Source of the DNA: Azolla caroliniana
Taxonomy: Eukaryota; Plantae; Polypodiophyta
Direction of reading: 5' to 3'
Length of the DNA stretch: 64,000 bases
Assembly: GCA_043228905.1 (NCBI GenBank)
Contig: JBHGNT010000005.1
Span: 13,888,001 to 13,952,000, forward strand
Within the stretch, counting starts at the first letter, position 1. Each line of letters starts with the position of its first letter. Below the pieces are notes generated by a model. It ran no database searches and was not told where the DNA came from. It worked only from the letters and a program-made list of their open reading frames with translations. The position numbers and the translations under genes are program-made. This document shows positions 1 to 12,200 of this stretch, in pieces.

Positions 1-946
1 AGGATTTCGCTGAGCTAACGACCGCATCCTTGTGGCGAATAGTTGTCTTTCATAGTATGGACCAAGGGTACTCGGTAGCTCAAGCTTTGAGATCTCGTTG
101 CCATGGCATCGAGAACCTTGCATGGTAAGGATTATTTATAGGTGTCTTTCATTATATTGCAATTCTTAAGGTTGTTGAATCTATTCTTAACTCGATGAAT
201 TATTTTTTATAGGATCAAGACCAATGTAAATAGAGGGCCAACTTTTCGGTTCGTTAATGCCATTGAATACATAACGGTTGGCTACTTCGATGAAATTAAA
301 AAACAGAGAATCAAAGAGCATTCTAATGAAGTGGGAGGTTCAAATCTGTTGGTATATCCAGCAGTGACTCGGAAATTGCGACATGTCACCACGACAGAAC
401 GGGGACTTGTCAACCCATACCAAAAACCTCAACGACTTATGATGCGCTTGATCGAGATGTTTTCTGTCGAAGGAGACTGGATATTAGATCTCTTTTCTGG
501 CACAGGTATTCCTCGAACTAGGGTAACGATCTTGAGATAACCAATCACTTTTTTTCGTTTGACAACTAAATCTTCTTGTTACTTACATCATAGGAACTAC
601 GTCAGCATGTGCATTGAAGCTGTTTAGAAATACAGTTGCATTGGAGAAGGACGAGGACCAAGTTATATTTATTAATATGCGGATTAAGGCTTTGTGGGAG
701 TGCCCAGACCAGGATGAGGAGGTCGGTGCAAAGAACCTCGCCAATACAGAAAGGTTTCAACCCGCTTCGCGAGAGCCTATTCCTCCGTTAGCCGGCGAAC
801 CGGGGGAGCTAATAGAGCTTGATGATGAGCTTATAGAAGATATTTCGTTGGCCCGGCTAACAGGGGAAACCAATGCACGTATAGCCGAAGACAGTTCTAC
901 ACAAGATGATGAAGAAAATGACGTTGATGAATTGATTGCTATGTAA
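1..946 (+). CDS. 3' exons of spliced beta-class DNA amino-methyltransferase gene, copy 1 (exons <1-124, 213-505, 594-946); 5' part lies outside window
   Basis: GT-AG introns at 125-212 and 506-593 join an open frame: ...IENLAW|IKTNVNRGPTFRFVNAIEYI...NPYQKPQRLMMRLIEMFSVEGDWILDLFSGTG|TTSACALKLFRNTVALEKD...; contains the P-x-QKP motif and FxGxG SAM-binding motif I; no stops in the visible part. Confidence 0.85.
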
Positions 947-1365
947 TAGACTATATAAAGAATATGACACTGACGATTTGTTAAGATTTCATATTATTAA
1001 TACAAATTTTGGGTTTTACCTAGTGGATTCTATTCTTTATAATCATCTATATGTTTCAATTTTATTTTTATATACTTCATTAGTAGATTTATGATATTGG
1101 TTTCACCGCGTGCATAGCTGACTACCAAACTTATGGAGAAACATGAACTAGCTTAAATGGAGGCTGATTTTGGTCCAAGCTAACCTTAACAGAACATGGC
1201 CCTATAATTATTGCCATGACTGTCCATGTTGTTATTATGGATCTTTGTCTTATATTGTTAAAACTATTATGTTTCTATTCCATTGCTGCTTAGATTGTGT
1301 AGTGTGTTGATAATGGTTCCAGTTGCGTTATCGTTCGGAGTTTGATCTTGTGTGAATCACCTAAG

Positions 1366-1620
1366 CAATAGAGTAGATCAATTTTAAATACAGGTATGAA
1401 AGCCTAATAGGTTTGTTATTTCCACGACATTATCCTAAAGTTCACTGCCTTACATTGTGCACAATTATATACACATATGGTTTGATCCCATATGAACAAA
1501 CTGAGGAATAGATTAGATCAACTTTTAATATAAGTATTGAGTACTTTAATAAGTTAGTTATTCCAATCACTTATCCTAATGTGCACTATCCTACATTTTC
1601 GACAATTACATACATGCACG
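1366..1620. repeat. Two imperfect ~140-bp subterminal direct repeats (also at ~39975-40230)
   Basis: AATAGA-TAGATCAA...TTATCCTAA-GT-CACT...ACAATTA-ATAC repeated at ~1366 and ~1506. Confidence 0.65.
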
Positions 1621-2248
1621 TATGGGTCAAAGTATAAATTATATCTCATTTTATTAGTATGGATACAAGTACACCTCATATTTTTGTAAAACCTACCTAA
1701 TTAATATAAGTCTTTAAGTTAGTGTTTCCCTTGTCGCACAATAGTGCCATATTGAGCCATAGTTGAACTTTATTTAGATACATTAACTTATCAACATGTC
1801 TAAACTTGCATGATTTCTACTGATCTCCACTCGTAGATCTATCATGTATTTTTATATTTGCAAATTCTTATCAAGTTGAGGAACATGTGATACTAGTGTA
1901 TCCAATTATTGTAGAGAGGGTGTATTTTCTTCGTTTTAAGAAGATTCTACAAGTGGAATGCGCAATCCTTCCACTTGTGAACGCGAACGTGTTTTTATTT
2001 GAAGGATTAAAGCAAGCATTTACATTCGCACCAATTTTGATGCATGTTGATCCATTGAAGCATTTTATACTCGAAGCTAATGCATCCGACTTCGCACTAG
2101 GAAGCGTATTATCCTAGATTAGCAATGATGGCCAACTGCACCCTGTGGCTTTTCATTCACAAAAATTCGAAGCTGCAGAAATCAACTATGAGATTCATGA
2201 CAAAGAGCTTCTTGCCATTGTGGATTATTTTCAACAATGGCATCATTT

Positions 2249-2837
2249 TATTGGGAATATTTCCTCCAGTGGGAGGATGATCCGACTGTTCGGAAAGCCG
2301 ATAGTCGAAGAGTCGGAAAACAGGAGCCGAGTTGATGAGGAACTCGGGCGAGGCCGAAACTGGAATCGTGTAAATAGCCAACTTGGGAGACTATATTTGT
2401 AAATAGTCTTAGTGTGCGCCCTATGAGGGCTACGTATGTAAATAACCAGAAAGTTGCATAAGTATATATGCAACTAGGGCAAACATATTGTGTAGAGATA
2501 TAGGAACAGAAGTAGTTGAAAACTCTATGTAGAAGTTGTAGTGTGCAAGAGAGTGAGAGAGAGAGAAGTGAGAGCCGCACCATAGCTGTGTGAGTAACAA
2601 CAGATGCGAAGAGTCCTGTGCGGCTGATACACTCGATAAAGTGTTGTATTCATCTCTATGTTGTATATCCACTTCGTATAGTGAAGAATTTCTATTCACC
2701 CGTGGTTTTCTCCGTTTTAGGGTTTCCACGTAAATCTCTGTGTATAGTCGTCTACCTTGTCTTCCTCACATTTTGGTGTGATTCGTATTTCAGCTTCGTC
2801 TGATCATTGTGATTAATTCCGCAACGATTTCTCGACA
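2249..2837 (+). repeat. 5' LTR of copia C1
   Basis: Direct repeat of 25242-25810; start mutated TG>TA; followed by PBS. Confidence 0.9.
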
Positions 2838-2865
2838 AACTGGTATCAGAGCTTGAGGTGCAAGC

Positions 2866-5571
2866 ATGGAAGGAGGTGTTAGTGGTTTCCCAGGTATGAT
2901 AGTTCTGAACTCACAGAACTATGCAGACTAGAAGATAAAGATGGAAGACCTTCTCATAGTTAAAGACCTGTACGAGCCAGTCGACAGAGCAGAAATACCC
3001 AGGGGGGTATTGGAGTCGGACTGGAAGCTTCTAAATAGGAAGGTGGTGGCCACAATCCAACAATGTGTGAATGTAAGTGTTCTTCAACATGTGGCGAACG
3101 ACACGAATGGCCACGAGATGTGGTAGAAGCTGTCGGGTTTGTACGAGAGGAAGAACGGGCTAAACATAACCTCGCTAATGAGAAAAATCATATGGATGAA
3201 ATACAGAGACGGTGAGAGCATCGTCGAACACATCAGCGCATTTATGGGGTATGTAAATCAACTTGTTGTGACCAAGTTTCCCCTAGATGATGCAATGCAG
3301 GCCATCCTGCTGATGTGCACACTACCGAAAAGCTGGGAGAACCTGGTGGTTACTCTTAGCACCTCCTGTCAAGAAGAGAACTTGTTTTTGCATACGGTGA
3401 AGACAAGCATCCTAAACAAGGAGGCAAGGAGGAAAGAAAGGAGTCCTATCCCAAACGGAGTCGATTCTAATTCAACACATGGACAGAGGAAGGGACTGTC
3501 GAAGAAGAAGTCCGTAGTGAACGGACAAATCCCATGTCAGATCAAAGTCCATAGGTAAGCCTGTGTGCTTTTATTACGGGAAACTTGGACACTTCCAAAA
3601 GGACTACCGACACATGAAGAAAGACAAGAGTGTCGGAAATAATGTCAAACCCCGGAAAATTCCGGATGAAAAGAACACTTCAGCCATTGCTACAAGCAAT
3701 GAGGAACTTCTGTTCATTTGTGAATAGACAAGTGCAAATCTCGCGAATGAAGAATGCACTTGGGTGATCAACTCTGGCGCCACATTTCACATAACTCCGT
3801 CGAGCGAGTACTTCTCGACTTACATAGCCGGGGACCATGGTTATGTAAAGATGAGTGATAGTCGAGAGTGCAAGATAACCGGAGTCGGAAGTGTGTGCTT
3901 AACGACGTCGACAAGGTGTCGGCTAACGTTGAAGGATGTTCGACACGTCCCCGATATGATATTGAATCTGATATCTACTAGAAGGCTTGATGACGAAGGC
4001 TACAGTGGTAATTTTCGGAATGACAAGTGGAAGTTCTGCCGAGGAAATCTTATAGTGGCCTGAGCACAGAAAGAAGGCACATTGTATACGATGCATGCCC
4101 GACTGTGCAAATCAGAAGTAAACGTGGCAGCCGACTCGGCAAGGGACATATGGCATAAAAGGCTAGGCCACATAAGTGAGAAGGAAATGCACCTGTTAGC
4201 TGACCAGAAACTTCTACTAGAAGTCAAGGGAGTGCACCTGGAGAAGTGTGTCGACTGCTTAGCCGGAAAGCAGAACAGGGCGGCATTCCACTCGAGACCA
4301 CCGAGGAGAAGAGAAGCTGCACTGGAACTAGTGCACACGGATGTGTACTATGTGGATGCTCCATCGCATTGAGGAGGACAGTACTTTGTAACGTATATTG
4401 ACGACTACAGTCGGAAAACATGTGCCTTCGTACTGAAGTCGAAGGATCAAGTACTGTCGGTTTTCAAGGAGCTCCAAGCAAGAACCGAAAGAGAGTCGAG
4501 TCGGAAACTGAAGGTTGTCCGAACCAACAACGATGGCGAGTACAAAGGGCAGTTCGGGGAATACTGCAAGTGCCAAGGTATTCGGATCGAATACACAGTG
4601 CCAAAGACCCCAAAATTGAACGTGCTTGCAGAGAGGATGAATCGAATCGAACAATCATGGAGAGAGTAAAGAGCATGCTCTCTCATGCGAAACTGCCGAA
4701 ATCCTATTGGGCTGAGGCGTTGTACATAGTTGTTTATCTTATCAACAGGCCTCCCTCAGTACCTCTAACTGGTGATGTCCCACAGAGAGTATGGACAGGG
4801 AAGGATGTCTCTTACCAACACCTGAGGGTGTTTGGATGTTTGTCATATATGCATGTACCAAAGGATCAGAGGTCAAAGCTAGATAGCAAATCGAAAGCAT
4901 GCATATTCATGGGATACTCGAAAGATGAATTCGGCTATAGGTTGTGGGACTTAGTCGACAAGAAGGTAGTGAGAAGTCGGGATGTAGTCTTTCTAGAAGA
5001 CAAGACAATTAAAGATTGGAAGCAACAGAACTCGGAACCGACTCCCCAGTCAACATCGACTACCATTGACTTATGGCCAAGTGAGTTGTCACCGACAACT
5101 GTAAGGAGACAGCTGGCCGACAGAGCTGAATCCGAGTCAGTCGACTCGGAAAGACCAACAAACTATGAGTCAGAGTCGGTAGAGCTGCTAAAATCAATTG
5201 AGGAATATGAGTTGGAGTTGTCCAACCCGAAGATGCCGATTCATGAGCAGAATCCCGAGCAAAGAGAAGAGATGGCAGAGACATCCGATGGACAAAGGTA
5301 CCCACTCAGAGAAAGGAAGGCACCGATTAAATATGCCAGTCAATACATCCTCTTGACTGATGACGGTGAACCGGAGTGCTATGAAAAAGCCATTGCCGAC
5401 GAGAGCAAAGACAAATGGTTGAACGCGATGCAAGAGGAGATGGAATCCTTGCACGCGAATTACACCTATGACCTAGTAGAGCTACCGAAAGGTAAGAGAG
5501 CACTCAAGAATAAATGGGTCTACAAGGTGAAGATTGGAGAAGTCGACAATGAGCCTAGGTATAAAGCCCGT
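2866..5571 (+). pseudogene. copia C1 gag-protease-integrase-RT start (disrupted)
   Basis: WVINSGATFH protease-like motif, WHKRLGH and CxxC, LELVHTD, WAEA, KWVYKVK..RYKAR; multiple stops and frameshifts. Confidence 0.9.
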
Positions 5572-5884
5572 TGTCGTGTGAATCTTCACACACTATGTAA
5601 AAAAATAATGAAATAATTATTATAGATTAGATTAGTAGCTTACTATAGAAAGATGGATATACTCAAGAGCTTCAAAATGTATTTTACTATATACAAAATG
5701 GAGAAATACATATCAAGTTATGAAAAAATGAAGTTTGATTAGATAGAGAAATTAGAACTATCCCACATAGATAGGAAAGTTAAGGCCCTGGCTATATAAA
5801 CACCTTGAGCTCCCTCATTTTTCATTTGTGCTAAGAGCACTTTGGCCACTTTGTCTTGATGGATGATGGTGGCCAAATTCCCTA

Positions 5885-6298
5885 AAACCGGAAACCGGCC
5901 GGTAAGCAAATCCGGAAACGGGCCGGTAAGCAAATTTGAAAATAGGTTGGTATGCAATCCGGAAACCGGTCGGTATGCAATCCGAAAACCGGCCGGTATG
6001 CAAAACCGGAACCGGTCGGCAAGCAAAACCAGAACCGGAACGGGTATGCAAACCGGAAACCGGCTGGCAAGCAAAACCGAAAACCGGCCGGTAAGCAAAA
6101 CCGGAACCGGCCGGCAAGCAAAACCGGAACCGGAACCGGCAAGCAAACCGGAACCGGCCGGCAAGCAAAACCAGAAACCGGGCGGCAAGCAAAACCGGAA
6201 CCGGAACCGGCAAGCAAGCAAAACCGGAACCGGAACCGGCCAGCAAGCAAAATCGGAACCGGAACCGACCGGCAAGCAAAATGGAACCGGCTACCGGA
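5885..6298. repeat. CCGG-rich short tandem repeat array (AAACCGG / GGCAAGCAAAACCGG units) in G2 LTR; inverted counterpart ~23470-23770
   Basis: Directly visible; array length differs between the two LTR copies. Confidence 0.9.
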
Positions 6299-9188
6299 CG
6301 ATGTTGGATGCGGACGAACGAAAGATTGGATCATGCAACAAACTAAAGTAAAGTGAAGAGAACTAAAGTAAAGGCCATGTGGACGCAAGCAACTAAAGAA
6401 GGGAGTGCATGGAAAAAGTAACGGTCATGTGGACAGTCACATGCAACCAAAAGAAAAAGCTAGGCAACTAAAAGTAGAGGCCATGCAACAAAAACTGAAA
6501 AGGCTATGATCAAGAGAGAACTCCATATTTATTCCATTTTTTTTCCAACACGAAGACTCTCCATGTTATCTTAATTTTCTTTTCTTTTCTTTGGGGAGCT
6601 CTCTTATCTTATCAAAGCCAAGAACCCTAATCTTCCCTACGGAAGTTATCACTCAAGTAAACCATAATATCCACACGGAAGCAAGCTCTCAAAATCCAAA
6701 ATTCCTTGTCAAAGCCATATCACTCAAGAATCATAATCTCTTATTTCCTCTAATCTATTATTCTAATCATCTCCATAAGATAAAACTTTTGTAATCCCAA
6801 TCTTGGAATTGATTGTAATCTTTCTTTCCCTTTTATTAATGAAAATTTGTTAATCTTTCTCATTTCGGTTAATTCTTAGTATATAAATACACGAATTTGA
6901 TATCCTCTAGACAAAGGCCCCGGTGTCTTGCCTCAACGTTCACGTATCCCCGTTGCATTTTCGCGACACCTTTGGTGAACCCGACGTGAAACGAGGCAGT
7001 AGGAGGATATCAAGTACGAAGATGGCTTCGACAAGTGGAACTCAAGGAGAAGAATTGACGAAAGGCATGGTGTCCGTCGACGAATTCATGCTGAAAGAGA
7101 GAGATCGGGAGGCTTTAGTCGACAAAGCTGTTGACCGAACTGTGGAGACAGTTGGAAGATTTGGTGGGAAGAACATCACAAATTTCCTTGCTACCTACTG
7201 GAATGAGATGCAACAAAGAGATGTCCATGATCCAAAACAAATTTCAAGCTTTAAGTGAGTGGTAGAACCCGGGATTCGTGAGCGTGTGATGGAGATCCAA
7301 AACGAGCATGCAACTTGGGCGGAGTTCGAAACGGCTCTTCTCACTGAATACATGCTTGAAGACACATCGCGGAATGACTCGGCATACGTTAATGAATTGG
7401 ATCGAGAAGAAAGGGAAGAATCTGTGTGCATTGGAAATTTATGCCGAATTCGACCAGAAGTACAACCGACTTCCGAGTGTCGAGCAAGGGGTTCTCGACG
7501 GAGATAAAGTCTTGCTATTCCTAAAGGCAATGGATGCGAAAGATCGGCGAGAATTGGGTAGTTTCTTGGAGGATGAAACACAACCAAATGGTTTGGTAGC
7601 GGACTGCGTGGCAGTGAAGAAGGCTTGCAGCCGTTTTGATAAGCGGCGACAATGGCAAGAGGAAGCTGAGGTCGAGAATCCACAATTGTGGAAGAAGGCA
7701 CCTACGATGATTGAGCCTAGTAAGCCGATCAACAATTTCGACAAGAAAGCAATGGAGGAGTCTATAATCGAAGAGCTCTCCAAGAAGTTTGAAGCGGTAT
7801 CGCTAGCCAACTTAGGTTGGCGCGGGCCCAAGGGAAAAGAAGCGTATAGATGTGTGTGGTGTGATAGCTTTGAACTCACGAAGGGAATGTGCTGACTTGC
7901 AAGATGCGATCCGCAAGAATGTCGTCTATTTGGACGGCAACATGATTCACTCAAGCGAGAACCGGAAGCCACTACGAGTGAACTTCGGAAGAGGTGGGCT
8001 GAAAAAGACTGTAGAAGAAGAAGATGCAAGGCATGTGGAGGCTATGCACTATGCCGCTTCGGCTGGGATACGAGTTGGAAAAGAGAATCTTAAAATGATC
8101 AAGCCAGGAGCTGGGTTTTGGCCAACGGTCTTCGAGTGCAAAGAAAAAGGCAAAATCAATTCGGAGGATCTAAAACTTGCTGACCGAAACGTGCGACGAG
8201 CAACCGGATGGTCAGATCCAATCTACGAAAACACAAGCTTTGCGGAGGTTGTGTGTGACACCTATGAAGCCCTTGTCGAAGAGAAGAGGAAGAGAACTGG
8301 TGAAGAAGATGGCACATCAAAGCGACCTAACACGAGGAACGGAGGGAAAGAAGGGCCACCCCAACCTATCCCAAGAAAAGAGATTGGTGAAACAAACATG
8401 AAGCCCGGTGGATCGAGCCAACCTGCTCAGATGGAAGTCGAAGAATCAATGAAGAAAGGAAAAGAACGAGCGGCACCGACTTAGAAGCTAAGGTCGGACA
8501 TAGAACAAACAACCTACTTGCGGAAGGTCCTTGAGGAGAAGGTTTTAGATAGTCATGTCGACCTTACCTTGAGAGAGCTACTTGGGATCGCGAAGGAGTT
8601 CCATGATACTATCGTGGACCTTATTAAGAGGAAGCGACAACAATCTGATGAAATGGAGGTCAAAACAAGTAAAATAACCATGGCAAGATCGGAAGAGGAG
8701 GAGGAAGAAGAAGTGGTGGCGGATAGCCATTACTTGCGGCCTCATTGGGCAAGAGCGACAACGGAGACACCGGTGAAGATCGGGGAGAAGAAAGAGACCG
8801 TGGTCACTTTGATTGACCATGGCTCTGAGATCAACCTCATGTCGACCGAGTTCTATAAGAAAGGAAGATGGCCGATTAATACAAACCACGGATGGAAGAT
8901 TCGAGCGGCGACGAAGGCTACGGAGGACTTGTACGGAGCTTGCCCCAACGTTAAAGTCACGATCCGGGATGTAGAGATTGATCAACACTTCTTCGTGCAA
9001 GACTCGGCTTCACATCCCGTCATCCTAGGACAACCGTATATTACATCGTCCCGGATGGAGACCAAGGTGTTCGATAATGGAGCAGCCTTCGCGCGTGTCA
9101 AGAGTCTTGATAGTAAAAGATCCGTTCAATTCCTAACGGTTCGAGCTAATCATGAAAGGAACCGAGATAGCCTTGGAGTCGAATCCTC

Positions 9189-9251
9189 GGATTTTTAAAG
9201 CGGACTATTGAAGCATGGGGCACAAATAGTCCGAGCAATCATAAGTCCCCA
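9189..9251 (+). promoter_or_regulatory. Predicted -1 ribosomal frameshift signal of G2 (GGATTTT plus pseudoknot)
   Basis: G GAT TTT TAA ends gag; -1 frame is open into pol; stem CGGACTATT 9201-9209 / AATAGTCCG 9225-9233; loop TGGGG complementary to CCCCA 9247-9251. Confidence 0.75.
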
Positions 9252-12200
9252 CAAGGAAGCAAAGTGCGTGGATTGCAAGGAGAAGTAAGATGCGTCACAC
9301 CTAGCGGCGCATGCAAACTTAGGCTACTTAACAAGAAGGAAAAGTGTCAGATACAAGACTTTGAGGAGGTGCTGAAAGAAGAAAGCATAATCGAAGAAGA
9401 AGAATTCGTGTCATATATTCTGGAGGAAGCCTCACTTAACGACACCATCGGCGAAATCGAGGAAGTCGTGGATTTGAGCTATCCTCACCATCGACATGTG
9501 ATTTCGGTTAACTCCGTCAACATGTATACTATCATCGATGAATATCATCGAGGCATCTTGATAGAGGAAGTCGAAGTCAACACAAAATATAAAACCGTGG
9601 ATAGGAAGATCAAGCCAGTTGCAGTTCCGCTACCGGAAGATAGCTGGCAAAAGATGAAGGAAGTTGCAAAAGATCCAAGCTTAAGGAACCCAAATACAAT
9701 TGGTCACGTCTTCACTGAAGAGACGAAGGGAAAGCTACAAGTTGGAAGGGTAGTAAGCTACTAATCTAATCTATAATAATTATTTCATTATTTTTTTACA
9801 TAGTGTGTGAAGATTCACACGACATTCCCCCCCACCAAACCTGCACATCCACCGGTATGTGCCAATTTTGGTGAGGATTCATTTTTTTGTTTACTATACT
9901 TTTTCATCGATGCTTAAGACTGAATCGTAAAAAGCTTCAAATCCAATTTCTATTCTATCTCTTCTCTTGAAGATCTTGATTCTTTTACCGGCAATTGGCA
10001 AGGCAAGTGGTGTACCATCCAGTTCTACTAAATGATATGTTGCATTATCTTCCACTTTCTTCACCACATATGGCCCAAACCATCGTTGTGAGAATTTTCG
10101 AGCCGTACTATGTTGGTTATCTAGGCTACTGTCATAGACTAGCACCCAATCTCCTTCAACGATTTTCCTCGACCAAAGTCGATGTCGTTTATCGAAGTCT
10201 TTCTTGTTCTTTAGCCTTGCATTCTTTAGCCGCGCTTTAGCCACCTCTACATCTTCCAAATTCTGCTCTAATTGTCGAATCCTCAATGCTAGAAGATCTT
10301 CTCTACTTATCTCATCTTGCCATGGCAATGCAAACCATGAAATAATACTTTGTTCTACCGGCATTATTGGCTTTTGTCCGAATATGAGCTCTACCGGCAT
10401 GTATCCCGTCACCATGCTATGAGTAGTCCTGTCAGCCCATAATGAAAATGGCAATAGACGTGGCCATTCTCCTATTTTCCCATGGCAAGCTTTCACTAGA
10501 GCCTTCACAATTGGTCCATGTCCACGTTCCACCTTCCCATTTGCTTCCGGATTATACGCCATGGTAAGAGATAATTTGATTCCCATCCTCGAGAAGAATT
10601 CTCTAGCTTCATTGGGGTCCAACTCGCCTCTATCAGCCACTATCTTGCTGATGCATCCATATCTGCAAATAACATCTTCAAGAAGGAATCGGCATGCCAA
10701 TGATGTCTCCTTAGTTCTTAATGCTCGCCCTTCAACTTGATTGGTAAGATCCTCTCTCGCGAGCACAAGATACTTCATCTGCCATCGTCCCATTGGCATC
10801 ATCACTATGTCCACCATCCCCTTGTAATGCATAGCCAACGGGTAAGTCGGATGAAGTCCATCTCGATGGCGAATATTCGAAAACATTTGACATTCCTTAC
10901 ATGTTTCCACATAAGCTACTACATCTTTGTAGATGCCCGGCCACCAATATTTCTTCTTAAGCTTCGCAAACGTAGCCCATATTCCTCGATGGCCTGCAAA
11001 AACACTATCATGAAATTCGGACATTAGTTTTTGTTGGTCTTCTAGCTTGCAGACAACTCTCATCGGAGTCCCATTCTTCTTTTTTGCATGCTTCCAAAGA
11101 GCTCCATCCTTAAGGAAATACTTGTATGCTTTCTTCCGAATTCGATGGAAGTCTTCCGTTGACCATGATTCATCTTTTTGGAGAGAACTTAAGTATTTCT
11201 CGATCTCCACGAATTCGCCTTCGTAGTCCTCTTCTATGAAAGTAATCAACACCCGAGCATAGGAACTTGCAAAGAAATCTAGGCCAACATCATCTTCATC
11301 AGAATGTCGATCTTCTTCTCCGTCGTATCTCGCTCGTGATAGCATGTCTGCAACGACATTACGCTTCCCAGCTATATGACGGATCTCCGGGTTGAGTGAT
11401 TTGATATATGCAATCCAACGCAACATGGCAATATCCGGTGTATTACAACTAGATATCATACCCAAAATTGGTAGGCAATCTGTCTCAATTATGACTTCTG
11501 CTCCAATAAGGTAATCACGATCAGATTTGATTGTTGAGACGATCCCCCATAGCTCCCTCTTCACTTGGGCATACCTTCTTTGCCTATCACTTAACACTTT
11601 CGCGCCAAACCGAATTGCATATCGGTTGCAATCTTCATCTTCTTGGTTGATAACCTATCCAATTCCGATTGGACTAGTATCCACAGTCACGAAAATGGGC
11701 TTGCCGTATGAATAGTCCGCTTTCCGTAATGCAGGTGCCTCCATCAATAATTTCTTCAGCCTTCGGATGGCGATTGTATGCTCACTCGTCCATTTGAACA
11801 TCCGCTTCTTCTTTAGTAGACCATATAATGGCTCAGCAATATGGGCGTAGTGTGGAATCCAAATATGATAAAACGTGCATGCTCCAAGGAACCTTCGAAC
11901 CTTCGTTTGGGTTACACATTCTTCTTTCATGTCTTGAATTCCATTCACCTTGGATGGAGAAGGCTTCCGACCGTATGCTCCACACAAGTGACCTACCACC
12001 AGGATCTCCGGTTGCCCGAATGCGGATTTTTCTTCCGAAAATGTCAAATTCGCATCTTCGAGCCTTTGGAGCACGTTCTCGCAATCTTTCATATGATCCA
12101 TGACGAACTTTCTACATCCATCATTATCTTTTGATTCATCCTTCTCGTCTTCCGAACATCCTTTTATCGGAATATCATCTAAGAATGGCATCGTGATATC

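Larger units (their letters stand above)
1..1991 (+). mobile_element. Right part of putative methyltransferase-carrying mobile element, copy 1; terminus ...CTTGTGAACGCGAACGTG
   Basis: Colinear with 38522-40602 through the gene and about 1 kb of noncoding DNA; similarity stops at GTG(TT), directly abutting gypsy RNase H coding sequence. Confidence 0.6.
5572..9750 (+). mobile_element. Ty3/gypsy G2, forward truncated copy: 5' LTR 5572-6968, PBS-Trp 6973-6989, gag-PR 7021-9198, pol start to 9750
   Basis: TGTCG...CGACA LTR; PBS TGGTGAACCCGACGTGA; CxxC knuckle remnant (CVWCDS); DHGSEIN protease. Confidence 0.9.

Noticed and set aside
1960-1993. Helitron 3' end for the methyltransferase element
   Set aside because: No CTRR terminus and no clear GC-rich subterminal hairpin
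1887-2117. 76-aa ORF as a real gene
   Set aside because: Chimera of the element terminus and gypsy RT/RNaseH sequence
5739-6388. Overlapping 130-180 aa ORFs on both strands (also 23376-23915)
   Set aside because: Produced by the stop-poor CCGG tandem array in the G2 LTR; low-complexity translations
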